Shown piece by piece: positions 26,593 to 34,167 of a DNA stretch of 34,167 nt (positions are counted from its first letter, which is position 1; the number at the start of each line of letters is the position of its first letter). Position numbers and translations under genes: made by a program. Origin of the DNA: an uncultured Desulfobacteraceae bacterium (lineage in GTDB: Bacteria > Desulfobacterota > DSM-4660 > Desulfatiglandales > B25-G16); the NCBI GenBank assembly GCA_964393665.1, contig CAYMVB010000077.1, positions 1-34,167 on the forward strand, read 5' to 3'. Below the pieces are notes generated by a model. The model did not search any database. It had not been told where the DNA came from and worked only from the letters and a program-made list of their open reading frames with translations.

Positions 26593-27161
26593 TTTTGCCC
26601 CTGTCCTACCCTTTCGATATATTCTCTTGTTCGCGTGTCAACCTTTACTAAATCGCCTATATTTATAAAAAGGGGAACCTGGACAATACCTCCTGGTTCA
26701 AGGGTAGCAGGCTTACTGCCTCCGGATGCAGTATTTCCCTTCACCCCCGGCTCTGTATCTATTACTTCAAGATCAATGAAATTGGGCAAATCAATAGCAA
26801 CGATTTTGTCGTTATACATGAGTGCGCTAACATTTATATTCTCTTTTAAAAAAAGCTTGCTTTCCTTTAGCTGTTCCCCTGTTAAAAAAATTTGTTCAAA
26901 TGTTTCGGTATCCATAAAATAGAAGTCACCCTTATCCTGATATAAATACTGCATTTGCTTTTCCTGAATATTTGGCTCTCCAACCTTCTCACCAGCCCTG
27001 AATGTCTTCTCAAGAATTTGGCCTGTCAGCATGTTCTTTAACTTAGTCCTTACAAATGCCCCACCCTTCCCGGGTTTGACATGCAAAAACTCTACAATGA
27101 TAAAAGGTTTTTCATCTAATTCTATTTTTAATCCTGTTTTAAAATCTGATGTCGAATACAT
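26589..27161 (-). CDS. efp: Elongation factor P
   Basis: HVKPGKGGAFVR.KLKN, FMD.E.FEQ, PGVKGNTA, KPATLE, VPLFI..G...VDTR..Y..R; AGGAG upstream. Confidence 0.97.
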   Translation of the reverse strand: MYSTSDFKTGLKIELDEKPFIIVEFLHVKPGKGGAFVRTKLKNMLTGQILEKTFRAGEKVGEPNIQEKQMQYLYQDKGDFYFMDTETFEQIFLTGEQLKESKLFLKENINVSALMYNDKIVAIDLPNFIDLEVIDTEPGVKGNTASGGSKPATLEPGGIVQVPLFINIGDLVKVDTRTREYIERVGQGQN

Positions 27162-27274
27162 GTATAGTTACTCTCCTTTTGGATATTAAAGCTCTATCTT
27201 ACCTATAAATTCTAATTTTTTTAATCGTTAACTTTGATGGTTTCGCAAAAAAGGTTTCAAGAAAAACTTAAATT

Positions 27275-27952
27275 CTAGGCACTTAAAGCCTTTCTTTTGT
27301 CCAAAATATCAAGCCACTTTTCTAATATACTGATTAACTTCAATTTCTTTTCTTTAGTTTTATCCTTTTCTCCTTCATCCACCTTTTGGGGTGCATTCAT
27401 ACCCTCCAATTCATTCAGTCTTGTTCTGTACTGTTTATCATCGGGGAATGCCTTCACAATTTCCCTGTATATATTCATAGCCTCTTCTATCTCTCCTTGC
27501 TTGAAATAAATTTCGGCCATTGTGGGGGTTATTAAAACGGATTTCTCCTCTCCCGCATTGGCAACAAGCTCTGATAAAAGACCATGTGCTTCCTGATCGT
27601 CAGGGCAATGTACGGAATATAATTGCAATGATTCTATTGCCTCAGCAAACCTTCCCTCTTTCTTGTAGAGTTTTGCCCTCACCTTATATATTTTTGACAT
27701 CTCATCTATGTTACGACAGATAGTGTCTATTTCAACCTCGGCCAGTCCGGCGTAACCCTGTTCAAGATAAATTTCTGCCAAGATTTTCCTGACAGCAATA
27801 TCGTCCGGAGACGTTTCTAACGATTTTAGACAGGCCTTAATTAGGCTGCCTGTATCGCCATGGTCTCTTAACAGCTCAATAAGTGAAAGATTCGACTGGG
27901 GTCTTGCTATCTTATCCATGATTTTATTATATGTTTCATCTGATAAAGCCAC
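27275..27952 (-). CDS. Tetratricopeptide repeat protein (GTG start)
   Basis: TPR-like helices (LAEIYLEQG, TPTMAEIYFKQGEIEEA..IY) and LEKWL C-terminus. Confidence 0.75.
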   Translation of the reverse strand: MALSDETYNKIMDKIARPQSNLSLIELLRDHGDTGSLIKACLKSLETSPDDIAVRKILAEIYLEQGYAGLAEVEIDTICRNIDEMSKIYKVRAKLYKKEGRFAEAIESLQLYSVHCPDDQEAHGLLSELVANAGEEKSVLITPTMAEIYFKQGEIEEAMNIYREIVKAFPDDKQYRTRLNELEGMNAPQKVDEGEKDKTKEKKLKLISILEKWLDILDKRKALSA

Positions 27953-27969
27953 TTTTAGCCCCCTATATT

Positions 27970-28296
27970 TTATTCCAACGATTTTCCCTCATCTAACCCA
28001 TCTACAAAACCTTTTTTAAACCGGTAAATCTTTTCGTTTTCCTTTACCAGGCCCAGTTCCTTTCTTGCAGTCGATTCAAGGTATTTTTTATCTTCCCTGA
28101 GACGTCTAATCTCAGAGACAAGTATCTTATTCTTTTCCTCTAGCTGCTTTATTATAGTTACATACTTTTCCTTCTCGTTCTGCACTTTCTTCAATTCAGA
28201 ATACCTAACATAGCCGGATTTCAAAAACGCGAAAAAAATTATACCCGTACATGAAAGAATCACAATATAGATAAAATACTTTCTTATAAAGTCCAT
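27970..28296 (-). CDS. ftsB: Septum formation initiator, FtsB/DivIC family
   Basis: N-terminal TM segment, coiled coil, YLE..ARKELGLVKENE.IYRF. Confidence 0.85.
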   Translation of the reverse strand: MDFIRKYFIYIVILSCTGIIFFAFLKSGYVRYSELKKVQNEKEKYVTIIKQLEEKNKILVSEIRRLREDKKYLESTARKELGLVKENEKIYRFKKGFVDGLDEGKSLE

Positions 28297-28301
28297 TACA
28301 T

Positions 28302-28721
28302 TTAAAAGCCCTCTTTAGTATGCCATTGGGCCGAAATTGTAATTGATTTAAGACCTGCCTTTTTAGCTACATCCATTATATCTACAACACGTCCGTGACT
28401 TACATCTTTATCTGCGCTAAGTATAAGGCCAATATTTTTTTCAGAGGCGTATACCTTCATGGTCTCATAAAGTGAGCGTAAGGAAATTCGCCTTTTTTCT
28501 AAATAGCAATCACCTTCTTTATCTAAAACCACTGTTATCTTTTCCAGTGCATTCGTTGAAGGTTTAGCCGAAAGGCTAGGCAAGGAAATATCTATACCTG
28601 GTGAACTATCAAGATGAGATGTTACCATAAAAAATATGAGGAGTAAAAACACAATATCAATTAAAGGTGCCATGCTTATGCCCAGGCTAATCTCCTCTCT
28701 CCTTGGCCTGCTAAATCGCAT
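28302..28721 (-). CDS. exbD: Biopolymer transporter ExbD/TolR
   Basis: APLIDIVFLLLIFFMVT, I.LP, ADKDV.HG.VV.IMD..K.AG. ATG 28721 has GGAGGG upstream. Confidence 0.9.
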   Translation of the reverse strand: MRFSRPRREEISLGISMAPLIDIVFLLLIFFMVTSHLDSSPGIDISLPSLSAKPSTNALEKITVVLDKEGDCYLEKRRISLRSLYETMKVYASEKNIGLILSADKDVSHGRVVDIMDVAKKAGLKSITISAQWHTKEGF

Positions 28722-29328
28722 TGTCTTTTTTCCCCTCCATAGCATCAATAAGTTTTGTGGAGCTTTCCTCCATCTGAAAAATCAACATTTGCGCCTTGTC
28801 CAGTAGAAAACGATATACTACAAGGGTTGGAATAGCAACTAAAAGGCCGGCAGCAGTAGTAATTAAGGCCTCTGCAATACCTCCTGCAAGAGGTGCAGCC
28901 GAGCTGACATTATAGGTTGAAATGGTGTTAAAAGATTTTATCATACCTGATACGGTCCCCAATAGCCCTAATAATGGCGACAGATTAGCTATGGTCAATA
29001 ATACGCCAATATTTCTTTCTAAAAGAATGCCCTCTCTTCTCCCCTTTTCTTCAATTGACTCTTTTACCAGCCACATACCAAGTCTCGCATTTTTGAGGCC
29101 GGCTAAAAAAATCTTCGCTATCGTAGAGTCATTTCCGTGGCATAAAAAAATTGCATCCTCTACCTTATCTCTTTCTACAAGCTCTTCCACCTTTGATATA
29201 AAATCAGTTGGAAGAATCAACTTCTTCCTTAATGCCCAGAGTCTCTCTAAAAATATGGCTAGAGACAGAACTGAGCAAAAAAGAATGGGATACATAAAAG
29301 GGCCGCCTTTAATTACAAGCTCAAGCAA
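28711..29328 (-). CDS. exbB: MotA/TolQ/ExbB proton channel protein (TTG start)
   Basis: GG.FMYPI, ERL, SPLLGLLGTV.GMI..F, LAGGIAEALITTAAGL.VAIP. Confidence 0.9.
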   Translation of the reverse strand: MLELVIKGGPFMYPILFCSVLSLAIFLERLWALRKKLILPTDFISKVEELVERDKVEDAIFLCHGNDSTIAKIFLAGLKNARLGMWLVKESIEEKGRREGILLERNIGVLLTIANLSPLLGLLGTVSGMIKSFNTISTYNVSSAAPLAGGIAEALITTAAGLLVAIPTLVVYRFLLDKAQMLIFQMEESSTKLIDAMEGKKDNAI

Positions 29329-29410
29329 ATATTTTTCCTCAGTAAATAAAAATAGTTATCAGATAGTCTCTTACGAAAGGCATTATGTACGTTCTACATA
29401 CGACGAGGCT

Positions 29411-29439
29411 AAAATACCTTTTAATCTATTCAAAGTCAA
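29411..29439 (-). promoter_or_regulatory. Possible sigma70 promoter for exbB-exbD-ftsB
   Basis: Minus strand TTGACT-17 nt-TATTTT, about 80 nt upstream of exbB. Confidence 0.35.
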
Positions 29440-29519
29440 GCGTGCTATGTAATGTGCAATATTGACAACGTATCAAAACATCAGGCGTAATCTTTTTTGA
29501 ATGCCAATAAATTATCACA

Positions 29520-30170
29520 TCAGGGCGTAACTGAATGAAACCTTTTTTCAGGAAGCTCCAAGCAGGTTAAATAATTACCATAAACAGCACCAGTATCAAT
29601 AGCTATCTTGTTTTTCATAATCATCGGTTTTTCAAATGCGGTATGTCCAAATATTACAACCTTTCCAAAATCGTAATCAGAATAAATAAACTCATCTCTT
29701 ATCCATATCATGTCATCTAAATCCTGATCCTCTATGTTTATATAGGGGCGAAAACCAGCATGCACAACATAATAGTTATCAAGCTCTATCATTGGCAAAA
29801 GGGAGGAAAAGAAATTAAGGTGAGACCGCGGAAACAATTGCTCACTGCCCTTCAATCTTCCCTTCTTATAACTCCTTAATGTTGCATCTCCTCCGTTCAT
29901 CAGAAAGCTTTGACGGTCAACGCCCGATAAATAGTCAAGCAACATCTTTTCATGATTACCAACAAGACACCTCACGAAAGGGGATTGTTTTTTTACATTC
30001 AAGATAAAGTCGACCACACCTTTAGGGTCTTCTCCTCTATCAATATAGTCACCAATAAAGATAAGTTGATCTGTCAAAGGATTCCAATCTATCTTGCCCA
30101 TAAGCCTTTTTAACATGTCCAGGCAACCGTGTATATCCCCTACAATAAAAATTCTTTCTTTGTCATTCAT
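29520..30170 (-). CDS. PPP-family metallophosphoesterase (Ser/Thr protein phosphatase-like)
   Basis: GDIHG, GDYIDRG, GNHE, VHAG, WIR, FGHT, IDTG. Confidence 0.9.
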   Translation of the reverse strand: MNDKERIFIVGDIHGCLDMLKRLMGKIDWNPLTDQLIFIGDYIDRGEDPKGVVDFILNVKKQSPFVRCLVGNHEKMLLDYLSGVDRQSFLMNGGDATLRSYKKGRLKGSEQLFPRSHLNFFSSLLPMIELDNYYVVHAGFRPYINIEDQDLDDMIWIRDEFIYSDYDFGKVVIFGHTAFEKPMIMKNKIAIDTGAVYGNYLTCLELPEKRFHSVTP

Positions 30171-30366
30171 AAAAGTATCTCGTGTTGCTTCCTTATTACT
30201 TCCTCGTATATAAAAAAGTTTCTAAAAGGTTAACCTCCGCATATTTTTTTATGAAGTATGTACAAGTTAACAATTATAATAGTACATGCAATTTATTAAT
30301 GGAAGATTAGAGATTATTTTATTATTACATGTATACTAATAATTTATTTTTCGCAGGGTAAAAGCC

Positions 30367-30978
30367 ATGAAAAAGCCACTCTTAATATTAGGAACCTACA
30401 ACAAAGGAAAGGTGCGGGAATTTAAGCTTTTGTTTCAGAAATTACCTATAAAAACTAAGGAACTCTCTGGTTTTACTAATATACAAGGGTTTGAAGAACA
30501 GGGGGATACATTTGCTGAGATAGCAGCTAACAAGGCAAAATTTATATCAAGAATATTGCATGCCCCTGCGTTAGCCGACGATTCAGGTCTTGAGGTAAAA
30601 TCATTACATTGGGCTCCAGGTATATTTTCCGCCCGTTATGCAGGCGAAACAGCTGATCAGGCACAAAGAAACTATAAGCTTCTTGAAGAAATGAGTGGGA
30701 AAAAAGATCGCAGCGCAAGATTTAGCTGTTCTATTGCAATAGCAAAGCCATCTGGAGAGACATTAATTTATCATGGACAATGTTATGGGGCAATATTACG
30801 TGAGCCTCTCGGTACAAATGGTTTTGGATACGATCCACTGTTTTATTACCCCCCCCTAAAAAAATCATTTGCGCAGCTTTCCCCCGAGGAGAAGGCGGCA
30901 GTTAGTCATAGGGGAAAGGCAATAGCTAAATTAATTAATGATTTTGATACAATCATGGCATGGATACAAAAAAGTTAA
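30367..30978 (+). CDS. rdgB: Non-canonical purine NTP (XTP/dITP) pyrophosphatase
   Basis: T.N.GK..E, E.G.TF, KA, DDSGL, PG..SAR, GFGYDP.F, SHRGKA. Confidence 0.93.
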   Translation: MKKPLLILGTYNKGKVREFKLLFQKLPIKTKELSGFTNIQGFEEQGDTFAEIAANKAKFISRILHAPALADDSGLEVKSLHWAPGIFSARYAGETADQAQRNYKLLEEMSGKKDRSARFSCSIAIAKPSGETLIYHGQCYGAILREPLGTNGFGYDPLFYYPPLKKSFAQLSPEEKAAVSHRGKAIAKLINDFDTIMAWIQKS

Positions 30979-30997
30979 AAAAACATTTCTATTTTCC

Positions 30998-31027
30998 TTG
31001 ACCTTTTAAAATTTCTTTTAATATACT
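30998..31027 (+). promoter_or_regulatory. Sigma70 promoter for the NuoE/F/G-like operon
   Basis: TTGACC-18 nt-TATACT, 41 nt upstream of ATG 31069. Confidence 0.55.
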
Positions 31028-31068
31028 ATAAAATTGTTTTTATTTATGAAGGCGACAGGTAAAGTAAT

Positions 31069-31599
31069 ATGGAAGGAATAGAACAAGAAGAAAAGGCTAT
31101 GCTGGATGACATAGCTCGTATGATTGAGGAATTTGAAAAGGACAGGGGAAAGCTTATACCCATCCTGCAAATAATACAGGGAAAACATCGCTACTTAGCC
31201 CCTAAGGCATTAAAAATGGTCGCTCAACACCTTGATATTTCAAGCTGTGAAGTTTATGGGGTTGCTACCTTTTATAATCAGTTTAGATTTACACCACCTG
31301 GAAAGCATGAAATTAAGGTTTGTTTAGGAACTGCTTGTCATGTCAAGGCGGGGGGTATAATTCTTGAAAATTTTGAAAGAAAACTTGAAATTAAGGCAGG
31401 CGAAACGACCCCTGACAGGGAGTTCAGTATTGAACGAGTAGCCTGCGTAGGTTGCTGTGCATTAGCTCCTGTTGCTATTATTGGTGAAACAGTTTACGGA
31501 CATATGGCCCCCAGCAAGGTTGAGGGCCTCATAATGGGCTTTGAGATAGAAAAAGAAAAAGAGAAAAGAGAGAAAGAAAAAATTGAACAAAAACAATAA
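31069..31599 (+). CDS. NuoE/HydC/HoxE-like [2Fe-2S] subunit
   Basis: LIPILQ, GVATFY.QF, VCLGTACHV, VACVGCCALAP. Confidence 0.9.
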   Translation: MEGIEQEEKAMLDDIARMIEEFEKDRGKLIPILQIIQGKHRYLAPKALKMVAQHLDISSCEVYGVATFYNQFRFTPPGKHEIKVCLGTACHVKAGGIILENFERKLEIKAGETTPDREFSIERVACVGCCALAPVAIIGETVYGHMAPSKVEGLIMGFEIEKEKEKREKEKIEQKQ

Positions 31600-33520
31600 A
31601 AAAACCGCTGAAGACAACTACAACATTTTGCTGCACGATGCAGAAAGACGCCTTAAAGAACTCAAAAACGAAGATCATGCTTGTATCTATATAGGAATGG
31701 CAACATGCGGTCTTGCCTCTGGAGCAATGGATGTAAAAACTGCATTTGAAGAGGGACTCAAAGAATATGGCGTTACCGCGGACATTGTTCCTGTAGGTTG
31801 CATTGGTCATTGTTATGCCGAACCACTTGTCATTATTGCCAAGCCAGGATTTCCGCCGATACTCTATAATGAAGTAACCCCGGGAAAGGCAAAATTATTA
31901 ACCAGGGCTTTTTTAGGCGGGGAGGATCCCTTATTTGAATACATGTTGGGGGCCATGGAAGAAAATGACATGGTTCCATGGGTCATGGAGTTTCCAAGAT
32001 TCAACCATGAAAAAAAAGTTATTATGGGGCAAAGCGGCGTAATTGACCCTCATGATATAAAACAATACATTGAAAAAGGAGGATACAAGGCCTTTAGTAA
32101 GGCCTTATGTTCCGGGCCGGAAAAAAACTTGAATGAAGTTCTGGAATCAGGCCTCAGGGGCAGAGGGGGCGCAGGGTTTTTAACCGGAAGGAAATGGCAA
32201 TTTGTTCGCGATGCTGATGGAGAAAACAAAACGGTCATTTGTAATGCTGATGAAGGCGATCCAGGTGCGTACATGGACAGAACTATCCTGGAAAGTAACC
32301 CCCATCAGGTTATAGAAGGAATGGCCATAGCTGCATACACTGTTGGTGCACAGAGGGCAATTTTTTATATAAGGGCAGAGTATCCCCTTGCTGTAACAAT
32401 AATAAGTAAGGCAATAGAGGAGGCCAAGGAGCTTGGGCTTTTAGGAAAGGGGGTTTTGGGTACCGATTTTGATTTGGAGATCGATGTATTTCAAGGTTCA
32501 GGAGCCTTTGTTTGCGGCGAAGAAACAGCCCTCATACAATCAATACAAGGTTCAAGGGGCATGCCTCAGTTAAGGCCTCCTTATCCAGCACAAAAAGGTT
32601 TATGGGATCAGCCCACCTTGATAAACAACGTAAAGACCATGGCATCTATTCCACCAATCATAATGAATGGTGCTGATTGGTATAAAAAAATAGGCACCGA
32701 TAACAGCCCCGGCACAGCAATATTCTCTGTTGTGGGAAATATAGTCCACGCGGGCCTGGTCGAAATACCCACCGGGGTAACCCTTAGGAGTCTCATATTT
32801 GATATATGTGGCGGTATCCCTGAACAGAAAAAATTCAAGGCAGTACAGATAGGAGGTCCCTCAGGAGGATGCCTTCCCGAAGAGTTCCTCGATACGCCAA
32901 TAGATTTTGATTCCTTGACCCAGGCAGGGGCCATGATGGGCTCAGGCGGGATGGTGGTAATGGATGAAAATAGCTGCATGGTAGATGTCGCTAAATTTTT
33001 TCTCGATTTTACGCAAAAAGAATCATGCGGAAAATGCACATTTTGTAGAATAGGCACAAAACATCTCCTTGACATTTTAGATAGAATAACGAGGGGAGAA
33101 GGAAGAGAGGGAGACATCGATCTCCTTGAGAGCCTTAGTATGGACATAAAGAATGGATCACTCTGCGGATTGGGTAAGACTGCACCTAACCCTGTATTAA
33201 CAACCATACGGTATTTCAGGGATGAATACGAGGCACATATTAAGGAAAAACGCTGCCCGGCTATGATGTGCAGGGAACTTATAGCCTATTACATTGATTT
33301 GGATACATGCGCCAGGGGTTGTGATGCATGTGTAGGAAGTTGTCCCACAGAGGCTATATTCACTACAAGCAACAGAAAAAAGGGTGTTGATCAGACCTTA
33401 TGTGTTAAATGTGGAGAGTGTGTTTCAGCGTGCCCCCCTGAATACGATGCTGTAAGAAAAGTTTCACCCCCAAACCTTGCCCCAATCGTAGAACGCCCAA
33501 AGGAAGACAAGAATGATTAA
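31583..33520 (+). CDS. Long NuoF/HydB/HoxF-like FMN- and NADH-binding subunit with extra Fe-S domains (TTG start)
   Basis: N-terminal TCG...GCIGHCYAEP, SGLRGRGGAGF, NADEGDPG, GAFVCGEETAL, NNV.T, GGPSGG, ESCGKCTFCR, SLCGLG, C-terminal 2x[4Fe-4S]. Confidence 0.92.
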   Translation: MNKNNKKTAEDNYNILLHDAERRLKELKNEDHACIYIGMATCGLASGAMDVKTAFEEGLKEYGVTADIVPVGCIGHCYAEPLVIIAKPGFPPILYNEVTPGKAKLLTRAFLGGEDPLFEYMLGAMEENDMVPWVMEFPRFNHEKKVIMGQSGVIDPHDIKQYIEKGGYKAFSKALCSGPEKNLNEVLESGLRGRGGAGFLTGRKWQFVRDADGENKTVICNADEGDPGAYMDRTILESNPHQVIEGMAIAAYTVGAQRAIFYIRAEYPLAVTIISKAIEEAKELGLLGKGVLGTDFDLEIDVFQGSGAFVCGEETALIQSIQGSRGMPQLRPPYPAQKGLWDQPTLINNVKTMASIPPIIMNGADWYKKIGTDNSPGTAIFSVVGNIVHAGLVEIPTGVTLRSLIFDICGGIPEQKKFKAVQIGGPSGGCLPEEFLDTPIDFDSLTQAGAMMGSGGMVVMDENSCMVDVAKFFLDFTQKESCGKCTFCRIGTKHLLDILDRITRGEGREGDIDLLESLSMDIKNGSLCGLGKTAPNPVLTTIRYFRDEYEAHIKEKRCPAMMCRELIAYYIDLDTCARGCDACVGSCPTEAIFTTSNRKKGVDQTLCVKCGECVSACPPEYDAVRKVSPPNLAPIVERPKEDKND

Positions 33521-34160
33521 GATTACTGTTGACAATAATGAGATAGAAACTGAAGAAAATCTATCAATACTCCAGGCATGCCTTAACAATGGAATTTATA
33601 TTCCTAATCTTTGCTATATGAGCGATATGAAAGAGCCTCCCGGTGCATGCAGATTATGTTTTGTTGAGGTTGAAGGCTTCAGCCAACCAGTACCCTCATG
33701 CACGGTAAAGGTTAAAGAAGGCATGATAGTTAAAACAGATACCGAGCAGGTAAAAACATTACAGAGAACCGCGTTTGAACTCCTCCTTTCTGTTCATACT
33801 GTGGACTGCAAAAATTGCCCTGCTCATGGAAAGTGCGAGTTACAACGAATTGCAAAATTTCTTCATTTTGGATTAAAGCTTAAAAAACTGGATGCTATTG
33901 AAAGAGATATCAAACGTGACGATAGCCATCCATATCTTGACTATCATCCTGATAAATGCGTATTATGCGGTAAATGTGTTTTTGTCTGTCAAAGAGAAAA
34001 CGGAAGGCCTCTTCTGGCGTTTGCAGGCAGAGGGCTTGATACCGTAATAAGTTTTTTTGGGAGTGAGGAAGATGCAAAAAATCGGTGCAAGAACTGCAGT
34101 TTATGCGCGGATATCTGTCCCGTAGGCGCCATTACAAAGAAGCGAATTGTTGCAGCTTGA
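33513..34160 (+). CDS. Short NuoG-N/HoxU/BamI-like Fe-S subunit with no catalytic domain
   Basis: IPNLC, GACRLC.VE, PSC, H.VDC..C...G.CELQ, KCVLCGKC..VC, CKNCSLCADICPVGA; stops at 215 aa. Confidence 0.88.
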   Translation: MIKITVDNNEIETEENLSILQACLNNGIYIPNLCYMSDMKEPPGACRLCFVEVEGFSQPVPSCTVKVKEGMIVKTDTEQVKTLQRTAFELLLSVHTVDCKNCPAHGKCELQRIAKFLHFGLKLKKLDAIERDIKRDDSHPYLDYHPDKCVLCGKCVFVCQRENGRPLLAFAGRGLDTVISFFGSEEDAKNRCKNCSLCADICPVGAITKKRIVAA

Positions 34161-34167
34161 AACCAAT

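Noticed and set aside
27233-27252. TTTGATGGTTTCGCAAAAAA, reminiscent of one arm of a dispersed inverted-repeat element
   Set aside because: No partner arm and only one copy in the window; cannot be supported without a genome-wide search
30258-30287. ATGTAC-N18-GTACAT dyad between the phosphatase gene and rdgB
   Set aside because: 6-bp arms in very AT-rich DNA are expected by chance
29-33207. Many short ORFs in the track that overlap longer genes (e.g. 29-295, 8925-9296, 12957-13385, 28922-29452, 32608-33207)
   Set aside because: They are antisense or alternate-frame shadows of well-supported genes and have no recognisable motifs
31069-34167. Selenocysteine read-through in the redox genes
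   Set aside because: No in-frame TGA interrupts a Cys motif; the final TGA follows a complete ferredoxin domain
1-34167. CRISPR array, tRNA/rRNA, prophage, transposase or defence island
   Set aside because: No regularly spaced repeats, structural RNA signatures, integrase/transposase or phage-like ORFs were seen

Overview
AT-rich bacterial chromosome segment whose gene content suggests an anaerobic Desulfobacterota (deltaproteobacterium). It very probably contains the replication terminus: a XerC/D dif site lies at 8116-8143, the GGGNAGGG (KOPS-like) motifs I found point towards it from both sides, and most genes converge on it. Left of dif are mtaD and a purine nucleoside phosphorylase (minus strand), then a plus-strand run: split APH-like and AAA_33 kinases, nadK, DUF4911, a hypothetical gene, miaB and a REC-GGDEF protein. 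Right of dif are a 30-aa bS22/AURKAIP1-like gene missing from the ORF track, hbd, and a coupled pair encoding a ParB-N-domain protein and a spore-photoproduct-lyase-like radical SAM enzyme that lacks the SPL catalytic Cys. An ~11 kb catabolic-looking cluster follows (two-subunit aconitase X with a divergent active site, GntR, DctPQM TRAP, cupin, M24-fold protein with rewired metal ligands, lipoprotein, TAXI-TRAP). The rest holds DUF1232-DnaJ, an MBL hydrolase, a PflX-like radical SAM, a core methionine synthase, efp, TPR, ftsB, exbD/exbB, a metallophosphatase, rdgB and a NuoE/NuoF/short NuoG-like diaphorase module. I saw no rRNA, tRNA, CRISPR, integrase or transposase. All family calls come from motif recognition by eye; no database searches were run.
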